Source: Coniocarpon cinnabarinum (lineage: Eukaryota). From it: a DNA stretch of 41,237 bases. Under the pieces are notes generated by a model, which had not been told where the DNA came from, did not search any database, and saw nothing but the letters and a program-made list of their open reading frames with translations. Positions within the stretch are counted from its first letter, which is position 1; each line of letters opens with the position of its first letter. Of the stretch, positions 12,572-23,190 are shown piece after piece. The stretch covers positions 186,001-227,237 of the forward strand of contig JAVECO010000010.1 in the NCBI GenBank assembly GCA_051942205.1, in the 5' to 3' direction. The position numbers were made by a program, and so were the translations under genes.

Positions 12572-14434
12572 TGAATGTGGGACATGGCCAATCATACTAT
12601 CAATGTTGCGCACCGATCATCTCTTCTTCCGCTCGCACCCAATTGCTCAGTGCTTATCAAGCACTCTGTTCTTGTGAAAGAAAAGAGAGCCATCTCGGAT
12701 GTATCATCACACCGCATGTCCAACGTCAACTCATGTTAACGCTGCACAAGCTCAGAGCATAATCTCACATACTTCGCGAATCACGGAGCCCATGGGACGG
12801 GATGTGAATACAGTGGATGTCGAGAACATGCAATGGAGACGGAAGCGCAGCAAAGAAGATTAAGCATATGGAGTCAGAGCATCCAATGAGGATTCGCCAG
12901 CATTTTGTGAATGCAGTACTCTTTTAGAGAGTCATTGGTAGGGTGAGCGGCAATTCGGCGCTCCCGTCTTCTAGCAGCTGCAGTGTAATAGAGACGAAGT
13001 AACATGTCAGAATCTCTAATATCCAAGCACATTCATTAGGCTTCCTCCTTCACTTAGAGTATCTTGGCTTGATTTCTCAAATTCTTTGTGTTGAATAGGT
13101 GAGTAAATTACGGTGAATACCTTTGGCATGCAATTGCAGAACATTGACACGGTTTCATGATCCAGCTTGGTGTGCTTTCCAAGAAAAACATTTCGCTGTT
13201 TCCATCACCGGTGCGGATGCGTGTAATAACAAAGAGGCCGATTCGAAGGACGATGGCTTTTTGAGCGCACTCGCCACTACTCCGTGCGAATATGACGAAG
13301 CATATTGAGCGTCCATCTCGAATGTCACTTCCGTTCCATGTTCTACGAAGCATAGCTCTCTCACACTAACGGTAGTTAGTCCATAGCTTTCAGTCAAGAT
13401 GAACGGTAACATTGATGCTTCGTGGACAAGACAAGTGATCCAGCCTTACGAGAGGCAAAACATGAACATGACCAGAGATAGTACCAACCCATATCGCCTC
13501 CATGATGATACTTTCGCAATGCTTTGAGCTCTACGCAATCGTTCCGACTTTGTCCTCAAATTCACCTGTCGACATCTGCACGTCTTCTGCCTCACAAGAT
13601 GTACGAGATCAAGGCTCGACATCATTAAACCACCATCATCAGATCGCCACACATCACAAATCGCCCACACAACACGAGTATGGTTGATTATGTGAACCCC
13701 AAAGCTTGATTGTTTAAGGTCGTGATGCTAGAATACTGATCTACATGATTGTCATGAATGGCCTACTCAAAGTGCTGCATTTGAAGACTTAGCTTTATTA
13801 CGGTTAGAAGCACAGTCTTCCAGTTTGTACTTTCGAGGCGAAGACACAGACATTTACGAGATCAGACATAGGAATGTTGCTACGCATAATTCTTGACTAG
13901 CTGAACCGGTACTCGTCCATGGGAGTCACGGCTCATACACCCGGATGGAGAAATCACATTGCTTAATGCTGCTACACCAGCATTCGGACTGTCATTGACA
14001 TTCGCGTTACCAAGGCGTTGAGTGAGGGAGGGTCATGGCTCTAGACCGAAGGCAAAAGAAAAGAGTTCTCAAGGGAAACCGCAGCGGCGTCTGCATTGCG
14101 TTCAGAGGCAATGAGGACCGAAGCCAGAAGAAATACAGAATAAATTCCGCCCCGTCAGAAAGCCGTTGCAGTCAAAATGATGCAAGTATTGTCCGCTTCT
14201 TGGAGCAAGAAAAGGTACTAGCAGATGTAGGCCTTCGAGTCTGATCATATTCGCACACCTCTTCTTCAAGTCCGTCACCGCAACACGAATCTCTTCGTTT
14301 TCCTCGCTCATCTACTTCAGTCACCACATATATCTTGATCTGGTCCAGAATTAAGCCCCAATCCGATCTCTCGAGCTTCAAAGCAACCACATCCTCAACC
14401 ATCCCCGACATCATCTCAGAAATCCACAATAATC

Positions 14435-14725
14435 CTAAACAATCGTACCTGAGCCGTCCGACCCCTCACCACTCTCAACAGGCCCACTCGCGATGGGCTC
14501 GCCCTCAAGAGGCTCAGCGGAGCCCATAGCGTAAAAATGCGAATTGCCCACACGCGGCTCGCAAGGTCCGTCTTCCATGCAGATTGGGACGGGCTCGGCG
14601 GCGCGCTTGGCGTGGTCGGTGGTGGAGGTTGAGGATGTGTCGACGGGACCGGTGGGGCGCAGGAGATGCGTTGGTGCTGCCAGGGTGAGGGGGAGGAGTG
14701 TGAGGAAGGCGAGTGTGAAGCGCAT
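14435..14725 (-). CDS. Small secreted protein / peptide precursor, 96 aa
   Basis: Clear signal peptide MRFTLAFLTLLPLTLA-AP from the ATG at 14725 (aaaATG), then a Thr/Ser pro-region, a KR site and two Cys. Confidence 0.8.
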   Translation of the reverse strand: MRFTLAFLTLLPLTLAAPTHLLRPTGPVDTSSTSTTDHAKRAAEPVPICMEDGPCEPRVGNSHFYAMGSAEPLEGEPIASGPVESGEGSDGSGTIV

Positions 14726-15552
14726 TTTCTTGCGTGTTCGGAGAAGGTTGTTGAGATTTTGATAGCGGTAGAAAGGGTAGTTATCGTTCTTCAAAAGCAG
14801 GTCGCGAGAAGGAGGAGCGTGGTGCGTGACTGAGAAGAACAGCGCGATATGTTCTCGACGGGAGGATGGATTGGTACAGTGATACCGGGTAATTGGCAAC
14901 GACTATGCTAAACAAAGCGATGACCCGAGAACGATCGTACAAAAATGAAGAAGGGAGCGATCTTCAAAGTTCGAGCTTTGACCTTGAGAAAAAGAAAAGG
15001 CGAAACGTACAATGAAAGACGGAAGAGCAGATGGGTCTTAAACATTTGATGAAACGGAAGGATCGGCGCTAAGAACAGGGGGTTCCCGTCTCAACGGCAG
15101 GGAGCGAGTCATGGGCGCCTAAATTTACCCTGGTGATGCTATTGTGGGAAGTGATGTGGGGTCAGTGACAGCACATACATCAAGGAATGTACTGATGAAG
15201 TATGAGGACTGTCTCTGCAAAGGTCAGCATCTGCGTCCATGCTTCTTAAGATGATCAGTGGTTGCGGCCGAAGGAAGAGCATGCACTCGATGCCGCGTGA
15301 GACGGGCCGCGCGACCTTTTGAGTGCATTTTTCTGTGCGTATTTCAGAAACATTTCGCTTTTGGTCCAGTGATGAATGGACGTGTGTGGTGACAAATGGG
15401 ACATGTTGTTTTGAAGTGGGAAAGATTCAAGGACGCGACATCTGCTCTGCTAGGTTCGAGCATTGAATACTTATGACCTCTTCAGCCGTCGAGAGGGTCG
15501 TAGAACGACGCAGCACAAGCAGGTGGACTGCGCGCTGTACGTACTCGGCTCG

Positions 15553-16833
15553 CTACACGGTCAAAAAGCTGTTCACAGCTTCGACAACCCGTTCAAGCGC
15601 GTCCACATGCATGTAATGACTGCCACATCAATCTCAGTCAGCTACTGTCGAGTACAAACTTGCAGTACTCCATTAGAAAAGCACTCAACTTACCCCGCGT
15701 GATCCAGCGTCACCCATTTGACGCGCGGTATGTTCTGAAAGAATGGCTTGACAGACAGGTCTTGGGCCACGTCTTGAGTGCCATTCAGAAGGAGCGTGGG
15801 AGCTTCGATGTGGTGAAGACGGTCTTCTACAGTCCAGGTCTTGAGGCTGCGGTTGATGACAAACTGAGTGGGACCCCTAATGAAAATGGCCGTTAGTCAT
15901 ATGACGATCACTTGCATGTCTCTGATGGACAGCTTTTGAAACGCAGGTTACAGCAGGGATACCTCATCACCTGCGTCTACAGCGGTAGGCTATGCGAGCA
16001 GCTTGTCTTGAGGTTATGCTCCTGCTCGACCATCCTTGCGCGTACTCGTTGCGATTTCTGCGCAGACGTTGCTACTATTGCAGGGCTTGCTCACTCACCA
16101 CCTAATGCAGTCAGTCTCCGAGTCCGCAAAGTTTGGGCTCTGCAGCTCTGCAGAAAGCACACGTCACTTACATGGTTCCGCTGACGGTTGTATCGCCAAG
16201 AATATGACCTATCGCACTCATGAACTCTGCACATGGAAAGGGCTCTTTCCAGCACAAGAAGCTTTTCGCGAACGCCATGGTCGCTTCCATGTACTCCGGG
16301 CCATCGTACTTCTCCTCGCGGTTGCCGTTCTCAATGGCTTGCTGCAGGGGCTCAGGCAGTTGTTTGATACGCGTGTGCGTGTCATCGATCCACCTCGGCA
16401 TACTGGCAGGGGAATTGGCAATGACCAGCTTGCGAAGACCTTTCGGACGTGTGGCTGCGTATGCAGAGCCGAGCATGCCTCCCCAACTGTGCCCGAGTAT
16501 ATCGAAGCCAGACTCGCGCAAGTTGAGAGCATCAAGCAGGTTGTCGAGCTCGGTGCGGAAGAGCCCTTCGGTCCAGAACGACGTGTCGCCAGCCTTTTCT
16601 GGGAGAGCTGTAGACTTGCCGCAGCCAAGTTGGTCGTAGAAGACGAGTGGTATACCGTGTTGCTCATGGAGAGCGGTCAGGCCGAGGAGGTAGTCATGAG
16701 CTGTTCCGGGACCACCATGTAGAATCACCAGAGGAATGCCTTTACGAAGATCTCCAACCGTCTTATAGTAGGTCTGGCAATCTTTGCCCGCAGCAGGGAA
16801 TGGAAAAGGCACGTGGCTCTCTTGGAAGGACAT
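15553..16833 (-). CDS. Proline iminopeptidase / L-amino acid amidase-like alpha/beta hydrolase (peptidase S33). Exons 16833-16172, probable micro-exon 16101-16099, 15876-15694, 15619-15553
   Basis: ILHGGPG, FYDQLGCGKS and nucleophile motif GHSWGGML. Spliced C-terminus gives PTLLLNGTQD (Asp) and AGHYMHVD (His). All junctions are canonical GT..AG. Confidence 0.92.
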
Positions 16834-17246
16834 ATTGCGATTCAAAGCTAGGTATGGACAACGGTAAAGTACTCTTCGCTTTGATTCCTATCCGGACTTC
16901 TCTGGAAATGAAAGACGAATGCTAGCTCTTTAAAGTATTCGCACCTCTTGCTCTGGGTGATTCTATGGGGCCCAAATACATGTGCCGCAGCGTAAACACG
17001 TCATGCCGGCGTGTTCCGGCCCCATAGCAACAAGATGCAAGCCGTGGCCCCCTTCAATTTGGTTGCTTCCGAAGCGAATCTGGCGAGCAAGTGCAATGCT
17101 GATGTGCCATCTTGTGAACGTGAATGCTTTCGCTACTCCTTTGGTAAGCGCGGTATTTGACCAGCTTTACTGTCGCGAGTCAATCTCATAGACGTGACCC
17201 TATGCGCGAATCCTTGCGAGGATACTCACAAGCAATGAGAAGGATA

Positions 17247-17537
17247 TCACGAGGGTATGACTGAGCTGTCTCTGGGGATGATGTGCTGTCTGGAACTCGG
17301 CGCGGGTTTGCCGGGCTGATCAACCAACTCCCAATCATTCATCAAATCATCTGCGTGTGCTTCTGTCTTTCGGTCTGCCTCCGCTCGAGCCTGCATCTTG
17401 TCATCTCTATCACTGCCCACGGCGAGTTGGTAGAAAGAGGGATCGATTGTTGGGTGTTGCACGGAGGGAGGCGTAACGGGTTGATTCTGTGGCTCACGAC
17501 TACCCGAGAGCCAGAGATGCGCGAATGCAATGTCCAT
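17247..17537 (-). CDS. Small hypothetical protein (96 aa) with an acidic DWELV AIM/LIR-like motif
   Basis: Strong start context gccATGG, disordered composition and DDLMNDWELV. No family recognised. Confidence 0.4.
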   Translation of the reverse strand: MDIAFAHLWLSGSREPQNQPVTPPSVQHPTIDPSFYQLAVGSDRDDKMQARAEADRKTEAHADDLMNDWELVDQPGKPAPSSRQHIIPRDSSVIPS

Positions 17538-18477
17538 GGCGAGCGGAGCTAGGACGGTGGAGTTTCAGGAGGATAAATGTCCGAGGGTCTATCGATCCGG
17601 CAGTGCAGTGTGAAGCACAGCATTTGTACCCGCTCTGCTTACTGCCATCTTAGCCCGCTCGGCTTCTAACGGAGTCACAACACTGTCAGCTGACGGTGCC
17701 ATGATGGCGTGGTGCGAGGGCGAGATGCGGGTGGAAAGGGGCCATCATGCCCAGAATAGAAGAACCAAAGTCTGCATTCAGCGAAGGGCGTGTGCACGCT
17801 GACAGCTAAAGTTTGATAGAGGGCATGATCTGCATGACGATCAAATTGCCAGTGCGACTTGCAGCGGTACGATGGTTCGAAGCATACTTCATTGTGTGTA
17901 TATGCGTGGTACTTAAGACATCGCCTTGCACGTGGCACTCTTAAGTAACGACTTGAATCTCCCTATATTATCTAAGCGTGAATCACGTGATTTTGCCGCT
18001 ATTGCAATCCAAATCTGAGCTTAGGAGGGCTGTCCTCAAAGGTATTCTGGGCTCTAGTATGAGCGCTAACTCATCACTAGGATTTGATAGTAGGCTACGG
18101 GTATGTGTCAGACGAGTGCTCCACACAGCCATTGGCCATAATGCCCTCTTCTAAAGCATTGGCTCGAGCGTTGCGAAGATTTTCCGTGCACATGATGCGA
18201 TAGGAGTGACTGCCAGCGTGCAGTGACTAGGTACCTCATGCATTGCGACCTACTCACAGGCAACGGGGCAGACGCAAACCCCGCTTCCGCCCATGGCTCG
18301 GGTCTGCAGCCTTCTCTCCATAACGCTTCCTTCCTCACCTTGCTCACTGTTTCGAGCGTCTCACAGTGACGCCAAGCAGCGAGGCAGCGAAGTTACAATA
18401 CCGGGAGCAAGCTCGCTCTCACTCTAGGTCGATTCAGCCTACCTCGATCATTCATAGCTTTCTGCCGACTCCTTCCG

Positions 18478-18750
18478 ATGGGTCACAAGTATGATTCGTT
18501 TACAGTGTCCGGAGACTCAGCTCAGGCCGGCGATGTCCACAATGAAGGAGGCAAGAACAGCCCCACCCTAGGATCAGTCAATGTAAACTTCGGTGGAACG
18601 CACAACCACTATCATTACTCTGAATCCTCAGGCGGTACGGCAAGCGACAGCGGGAAATACTGCTCTCATTGCGGAGGCACACTGGTCGGGGTTTCGAAAG
18701 ATGTACTGGCATGCCCGCTCTGCATGCGCTTCCAGCTCAGTGGATGTTAG
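18478..18750 (+). CDS. Small protein (90 aa): N-terminal HET-s-related amyloid-like motif plus C-terminal C4 zinc ribbon
   Basis: MGHKYDSFTVSGDSAQAGDVHN, then VNVNFGGTHNHYHY, then CSHC-x12-CPLC. CT-rich leader and ccgATGG context. Confidence 0.55.
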   Translation: MGHKYDSFTVSGDSAQAGDVHNEGGKNSPTLGSVNVNFGGTHNHYHYSESSGGTASDSGKYCSHCGGTLVGVSKDVLACPLCMRFQLSGC

Positions 18751-19697
18751 AAACCACGGTTTTCCGGGAAATACGACTTGGATCTTGAGTTGACGAGTGA
18801 TGCCCTGAACATACGATTATCGACCGTCTGATGCGACCAGCAACTAATGTGTGCTGGGTTCAACCGGAACAAACAGTACGCGACCCATCAAAAAGCCATC
18901 CCACAGACTCGCTCCGCGTGACTTGGCGGCGAGAGAAGAGTGGAGGGGCGACCAATCACTCATTACTATGGTAGCTTTGCTGACGCTGCACTGCACAAAC
19001 ACTCTTCATCGATGATCGCATTCTTTCCAACGTCCTTATAGTTATGGCAATTGGTAACTGTTTTCGGCAGATGAGGACGTGCTTTTGCAATCAAAAAGCA
19101 TTGTTCAATTTACCATAAGCCGTCACGTGGCAGGACAACTTGTGACTCTCCGAACATTTTGATAGCTTGAGAATACCGGTGCTCATCTGAGGTCTTCCTT
19201 CATTGACCCTCGATTACCTTTTTTAGACAGTGACATAGTACTGTATCAGTCAATAGCCGTAACTAAGCAAGGTCAAATAGTGCAAGTGCTGAGTCATCCA
19301 TGCACTTAGTGTCGTGAATGCGTTCCTCAAATGAGACTTTTGGAGGGAACAGCCTCCAGCTTCTATGTGTAATGCCCGGTTCTGCTCAGGGTGTCTACAC
19401 TTGTCAGCCTCCCGACAAGAAGCGTACAGCGCACACAAGTCCCATTGAAGGCCTACAGCATGGCTCTGCTCCCTTTTTCGGGCACTCACCTCGGATGGAA
19501 CATCTTTTCCGAACGCCTTTTCCAGAGAATTTTCCATTGACATGAACTGTAATGAGGTGTAAGGTGAACGCGTCCAACTGCTTATGTTTTGGTCAACATG
19601 CACGTCACACAATTTCTTCCATTGGGTCGTGCTCTCTCGCATACTCGCTACATGCTAGGTCTTGCCTGTTGACAAACTCAGTCCATGATGCAAACAC

Positions 19698-20351
19698 ATG
19701 GAAAATATCATTGAGGACGATTTCTTGGATGCGATCATGTTGCACAAGGAAGCAGTCAGGAGATCCGAGGGAACCAGAAATACCGCAAAGGTGTTGCCAG
19801 ATTTGCCGACGGAGATCATCCGCGAGATCCTCTCTCTGGCGCTCAAAAGCTGCTACGAGGACGCCATTGAAAGAGGGGCTGCTCTGAAAACCAGCTTTGG
19901 CCAATCTCACCACCCAAATGCTCGACTACAACCCCCGACTGCGTCTCCACTCATCTTTCTCCAAAACAAGTCAATAAAGATGCGTCGCCTGTTTCTTAAC
20001 ACCGTACGCAACCTCGCCTGTTCCTCAGCGACGATCTTGAGCTTGACCATCAGCCTTCTCGAAGATCTCGAGCGACAGCATCGCAGCTATGTAACATTCG
20101 ATCCTCCACATGCACAGCGATGTCCTGGCATTCAGAAGTATCACCGGGTTGATCCGGCAAACCCTCACTCCAAGACCAGAGTCGTGGGATGGAGGCTCTG
20201 TGGTGTATGCACTGGCTGGATCGATGGCGTCAGCTTATATTTGGTACAAGGCGAAGATTTTGATGGCGACCATAACGGCCGGATGTACTGGCAGCTGCGG
20301 AGAATGATTCGCACGGCTAGGCTTTGTGGTCGGAGGAAGGGGGTCTGGTGA
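19698..20351 (+). CDS. F-box-like / putative zinc-binding protein, tandem paralogue 1 (217 aa)
   Basis: LPDLPTEIIREILSL, NLACSSATIL and HAQRCPGIQKY..WRLCGVC. These motifs are shared with the next two ORFs. Confidence 0.7.
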   Translation: MENIIEDDFLDAIMLHKEAVRRSEGTRNTAKVLPDLPTEIIREILSLALKSCYEDAIERGAALKTSFGQSHHPNARLQPPTASPLIFLQNKSIKMRRLFLNTVRNLACSSATILSLTISLLEDLERQHRSYVTFDPPHAQRCPGIQKYHRVDPANPHSKTRVVGWRLCGVCTGWIDGVSLYLVQGEDFDGDHNGRMYWQLRRMIRTARLCGRRKGVW

Positions 20352-21101
20352 AAAGCTGCCGTTCGATCAAAGAAGGCGCGGACTGAGCATCTCTGCAGCA
20401 GGGAGCATCAACCAAGTTGAACAGTGCCCTTGGCTGGCAGTCCTCGCCTCTTCGCGCATGTTGTTAGGTCGAGGTCAGAACGAAGAGAATCACATCAAGG
20501 ATCCAGTTGAGATGAGTGCCATTAATATCACGTGATCTTTCTAGCGAATGCATCGAATAATTACTGGGGTTCAGGTGAGGAGGAGATTTGATTTTCCGTT
20601 ATCTATCACGTGTTAACGCGTCGCGTGCGCGCTTGTCCAATCATCAGATCTTTTTCGAGCTCGCATCTCTGCGTGTTGCCACGCTCAATTTGCCGCGTAT
20701 GAGCTTGCAGCTACCCCACGAAACCACACTGCACGACTAAATGCTCAATCGTACCCGAAGTGCTGAACAAGTAATCAGCGACTCCGACAGCCTGTGCATG
20801 AGAGAAGACATGATCAGAGTCTGCGAGGGTAATGTTGCAACCCTCACACAATATCTAGGCAGATCTGCGCAACAGCCCTGGACCTTCGCGGTAACATAGT
20901 GCGCCTTTGTAGAACCGTGATTGCAGAACTCTGTGCACAAGAAGGAGGATCAAGTAATTCAAATTGCGGATCAATGCGGCTGATAGGCCTTGATTGGTAC
21001 AACGCGAACACCGTCGCCGATGCGTGCGCCTGTCGCATTTGCGTGCAATGGGTTTGACTGTCTGAAGCTGACTTACCACTGCGTCTCACCTCTTCCCTAA
21101 G

Positions 21102-21896
21102 ATGACTTTGTTCAATACCCTGCTTACGCATTTCGATCTTTTTCTCCATTCACAAAAATCCTACAAGACCAAGATGCACAAATCCAATCCGCTTAACAAA
21201 TCCAACATTTCGGGCCCTGAAGGTCCAATTCTTGTGCGAATAATGGCATCCGCATTTAGGAAAGTGCCAGCTTCCACGCCGTCCTCTAAAGCGTCCTTGC
21301 CACCACGGACAAAATTTAGCGAGGGGGCCACCGAACATTCCAACAGCACTGTGCGAAAGCGAAAGCCCTCGCCGCGAAACCCTGTCACAATTGCCTCCCT
21401 CCCTGTAGAGATACTGATGCGCATTGTTGAAATGCAATGCCATGAACTTTACGAGGCTGCTGGTCTTTTCAGGGCTGTTAAAGCTGGAGGAAGCAAGGGC
21501 AGGTACTCTTTCAGCAGTTACATGTTTGACATGTCGAAGAAGATATACGATCTACGTTATTGGACCAGGTTCTTCGACATTGCTCTCGTCTCGCGAAAGT
21601 TCTTCTCCATGACGGTTGTCGTGCTTGGACGGATTGCGAATATGGCGCCGAAGCCACCGCTTTACTATCAGATGCGCGAGTTGCATAGTCATGACTTCAA
21701 CAACTGTGACGGGGCCAGGGTGTACTTCGTGGCGTCAAAGGGAAAGAAGAGACAAACAAGGGTCAGAATCTGCCACCACTGCAGCAAGTACAACAATGAC
21801 GCAGCGTACATGTTGGAGAACGGAGAGTGGTTGATCTTGTCCCATATCGCGAGGAAACTTAGACTTGGTGGCAAGAAGACCGGATTGCTGTCTTGA
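21102..21896 (+). CDS. F-box-like / putative zinc-binding protein, tandem paralogue 2 (true start may be 21174 or 21243)
   Basis: IASLPVEILMRIVEM, DIALVSRKFF and HDFNNCDGARVY..VRICHHC. Basic NLS-like VRKRKP precedes the F-box-like motif. Confidence 0.72.
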   Translation: MTLFNTLLTHFDLFLHSQKSYKTKMHKSNPLNKSNISGPEGPILVRIMASAFRKVPASTPSSKASLPPRTKFSEGATEHSNSTVRKRKPSPRNPVTIASLPVEILMRIVEMQCHELYEAAGLFRAVKAGGSKGRYSFSSYMFDMSKKIYDLRYWTRFFDIALVSRKFFSMTVVVLGRIANMAPKPPLYYQMRELHSHDFNNCDGARVYFVASKGKKRQTRVRICHHCSKYNNDAAYMLENGEWLILSHIARKLRLGGKKTGLLS

Positions 21897-22320
21897 AATA
21901 TTGTACTTGTCAGAATGATGGTGGATATGTTTCCCGGCATCGCAGATGAGGCACATAGCTGGGGAGTTGTAGCTAATCGATGTTTGGGAATCAGCGCAGT
22001 TGCACCTCTATTCCATTGCTCAGCAGTGACGATTAGTGTGTTTGTTCGGGGGCTTGCTCTTTCATTGGTCTTTAAATCAGAACGCGGACATTTTACGAAC
22101 TAGCGGTGTAGATCAATCTTGGGCTGATGACCTGGCTGAGAAGGCGGCCTGGCAGCTGATCCTTCCTCCACTCTTTTGTGCGTCTGACCTTCTCCTCATT
22201 CCCCTTGCATTGCTTTTCTACTACGCTTTCTTGCATTTCCATTTTCACTTCTGAAGTCTTGTCACTAATTAGGAGCTGCCAACGTCGCCTCCTTGGCTCT
22301 CGGGTCACGCATCATCCACC

Positions 22321-23190
22321 ATGCCTGCCCGCAGATCCGGTAAAGGCCAATCCAAGCAACGTAAAACTTCCCACAAAGTCACGCGTCAGCCTTCTACCAA
22401 GACCGAACCGAGTCCGCAGCTGCCAGTGGAGCTGCTGCGGGAGGTGCTGAAGATCCACCTGAAAGAGGAATGGGACGCTTTCGAGGAACGAAGCTCCCTC
22501 GCAGATCTCACTGATCCATGTGAGTATTGTGGACGTCCTGACTGTATCAGTGGTTGGGAGCCCCAAACCGAGACCAGTGATGTCGAAAGCATCGGCACAA
22601 TCGATACGGAGCATTTCATCGACGACAGTGAAATACCATCACCGGAAACTCGTACCAGTGACAAAGACGATGCGTTTGCCAGCTGCAACGAAAACTTCGC
22701 GAGCGCCGTCTTTGCTCTAGCTCGAACCTCGAACACTTTTCTGGACATTGCGCTTGAGATCATGGAGCATCTCGATCCCATCACCGTGTCTTATGTGCTT
22801 AAGGCCTTAGATGCAGCCAATGCAGCCAATGCATATAAAAGTGGACATGCAGCGAAATGCGATGGCTTGCAGAAGTACACGGTCAGGGGAACACAAAATC
22901 TTCGATGGAGAATGTGTCCAACTTGCCGCCGGGAAGAACGTAAAGCAACTTCGAATACACGCTACCAGGCCGTTGTGGGCATGCTCATTGAGGTACAGCA
23001 CCACATGGTCTTGATCAAGATGATGAAAAGGCTTGGGTTGGCTCAAAAGCTCATTCTGGCTAATCGTCAAGAAACCAGTCTAGATCACAGCCAGGCCGAA
23101 CCAACCATGGGATCTGGACAACACCTGGAGGCCACAACACGCGCTTCACCCGAGGTGATCGTGATCGAATGGAGGAGGAAACAGGTGTAG
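22321..23190 (+). CDS. F-box-like / putative zinc-binding protein, tandem paralogue 3 (289 aa)
   Basis: Ideal ccaccATG context. PQLPVELLREVLKI, ALARTSNTFL, HAAKCDGLQKY..WRMCPTC and a basic N-terminus. Confidence 0.75.
   Translation: MPARRSGKGQSKQRKTSHKVTRQPSTKTEPSPQLPVELLREVLKIHLKEEWDAFEERSSLADLTDPCEYCGRPDCISGWEPQTETSDVESIGTIDTEHFIDDSEIPSPETRTSDKDDAFASCNENFASAVFALARTSNTFLDIALEIMEHLDPITVSYVLKALDAANAANAYKSGHAAKCDGLQKYTVRGTQNLRWRMCPTCRREERKATSNTRYQAVVGMLIEVQHHMVLIKMMKRLGLAQKLILANRQETSLDHSQAEPTMGSGQHLEATTRASPEVIVIEWRRKQV

Noticed and set aside
12700..14430. Several 60-85 aa ORFs between NBP2 and the secreted peptide gene
   Set aside because: They show no recognisable motifs and I could not build a consistent splice model. 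A degraded gene cannot be excluded.
14500..14610. Calling the secreted peptide the alpha-pheromone precursor ppg1
   Set aside because: It has only one peptide copy, no WC/GQ signature and different Cys spacing, so it is kept only as pheromone-like.
16036..16722. 228-aa plus-strand ORF (and similar ORFs at 4943-5521, 24676-25044, 33095-33463)
   Set aside because: These are antisense shadows of better-supported genes and have no motifs of their own.
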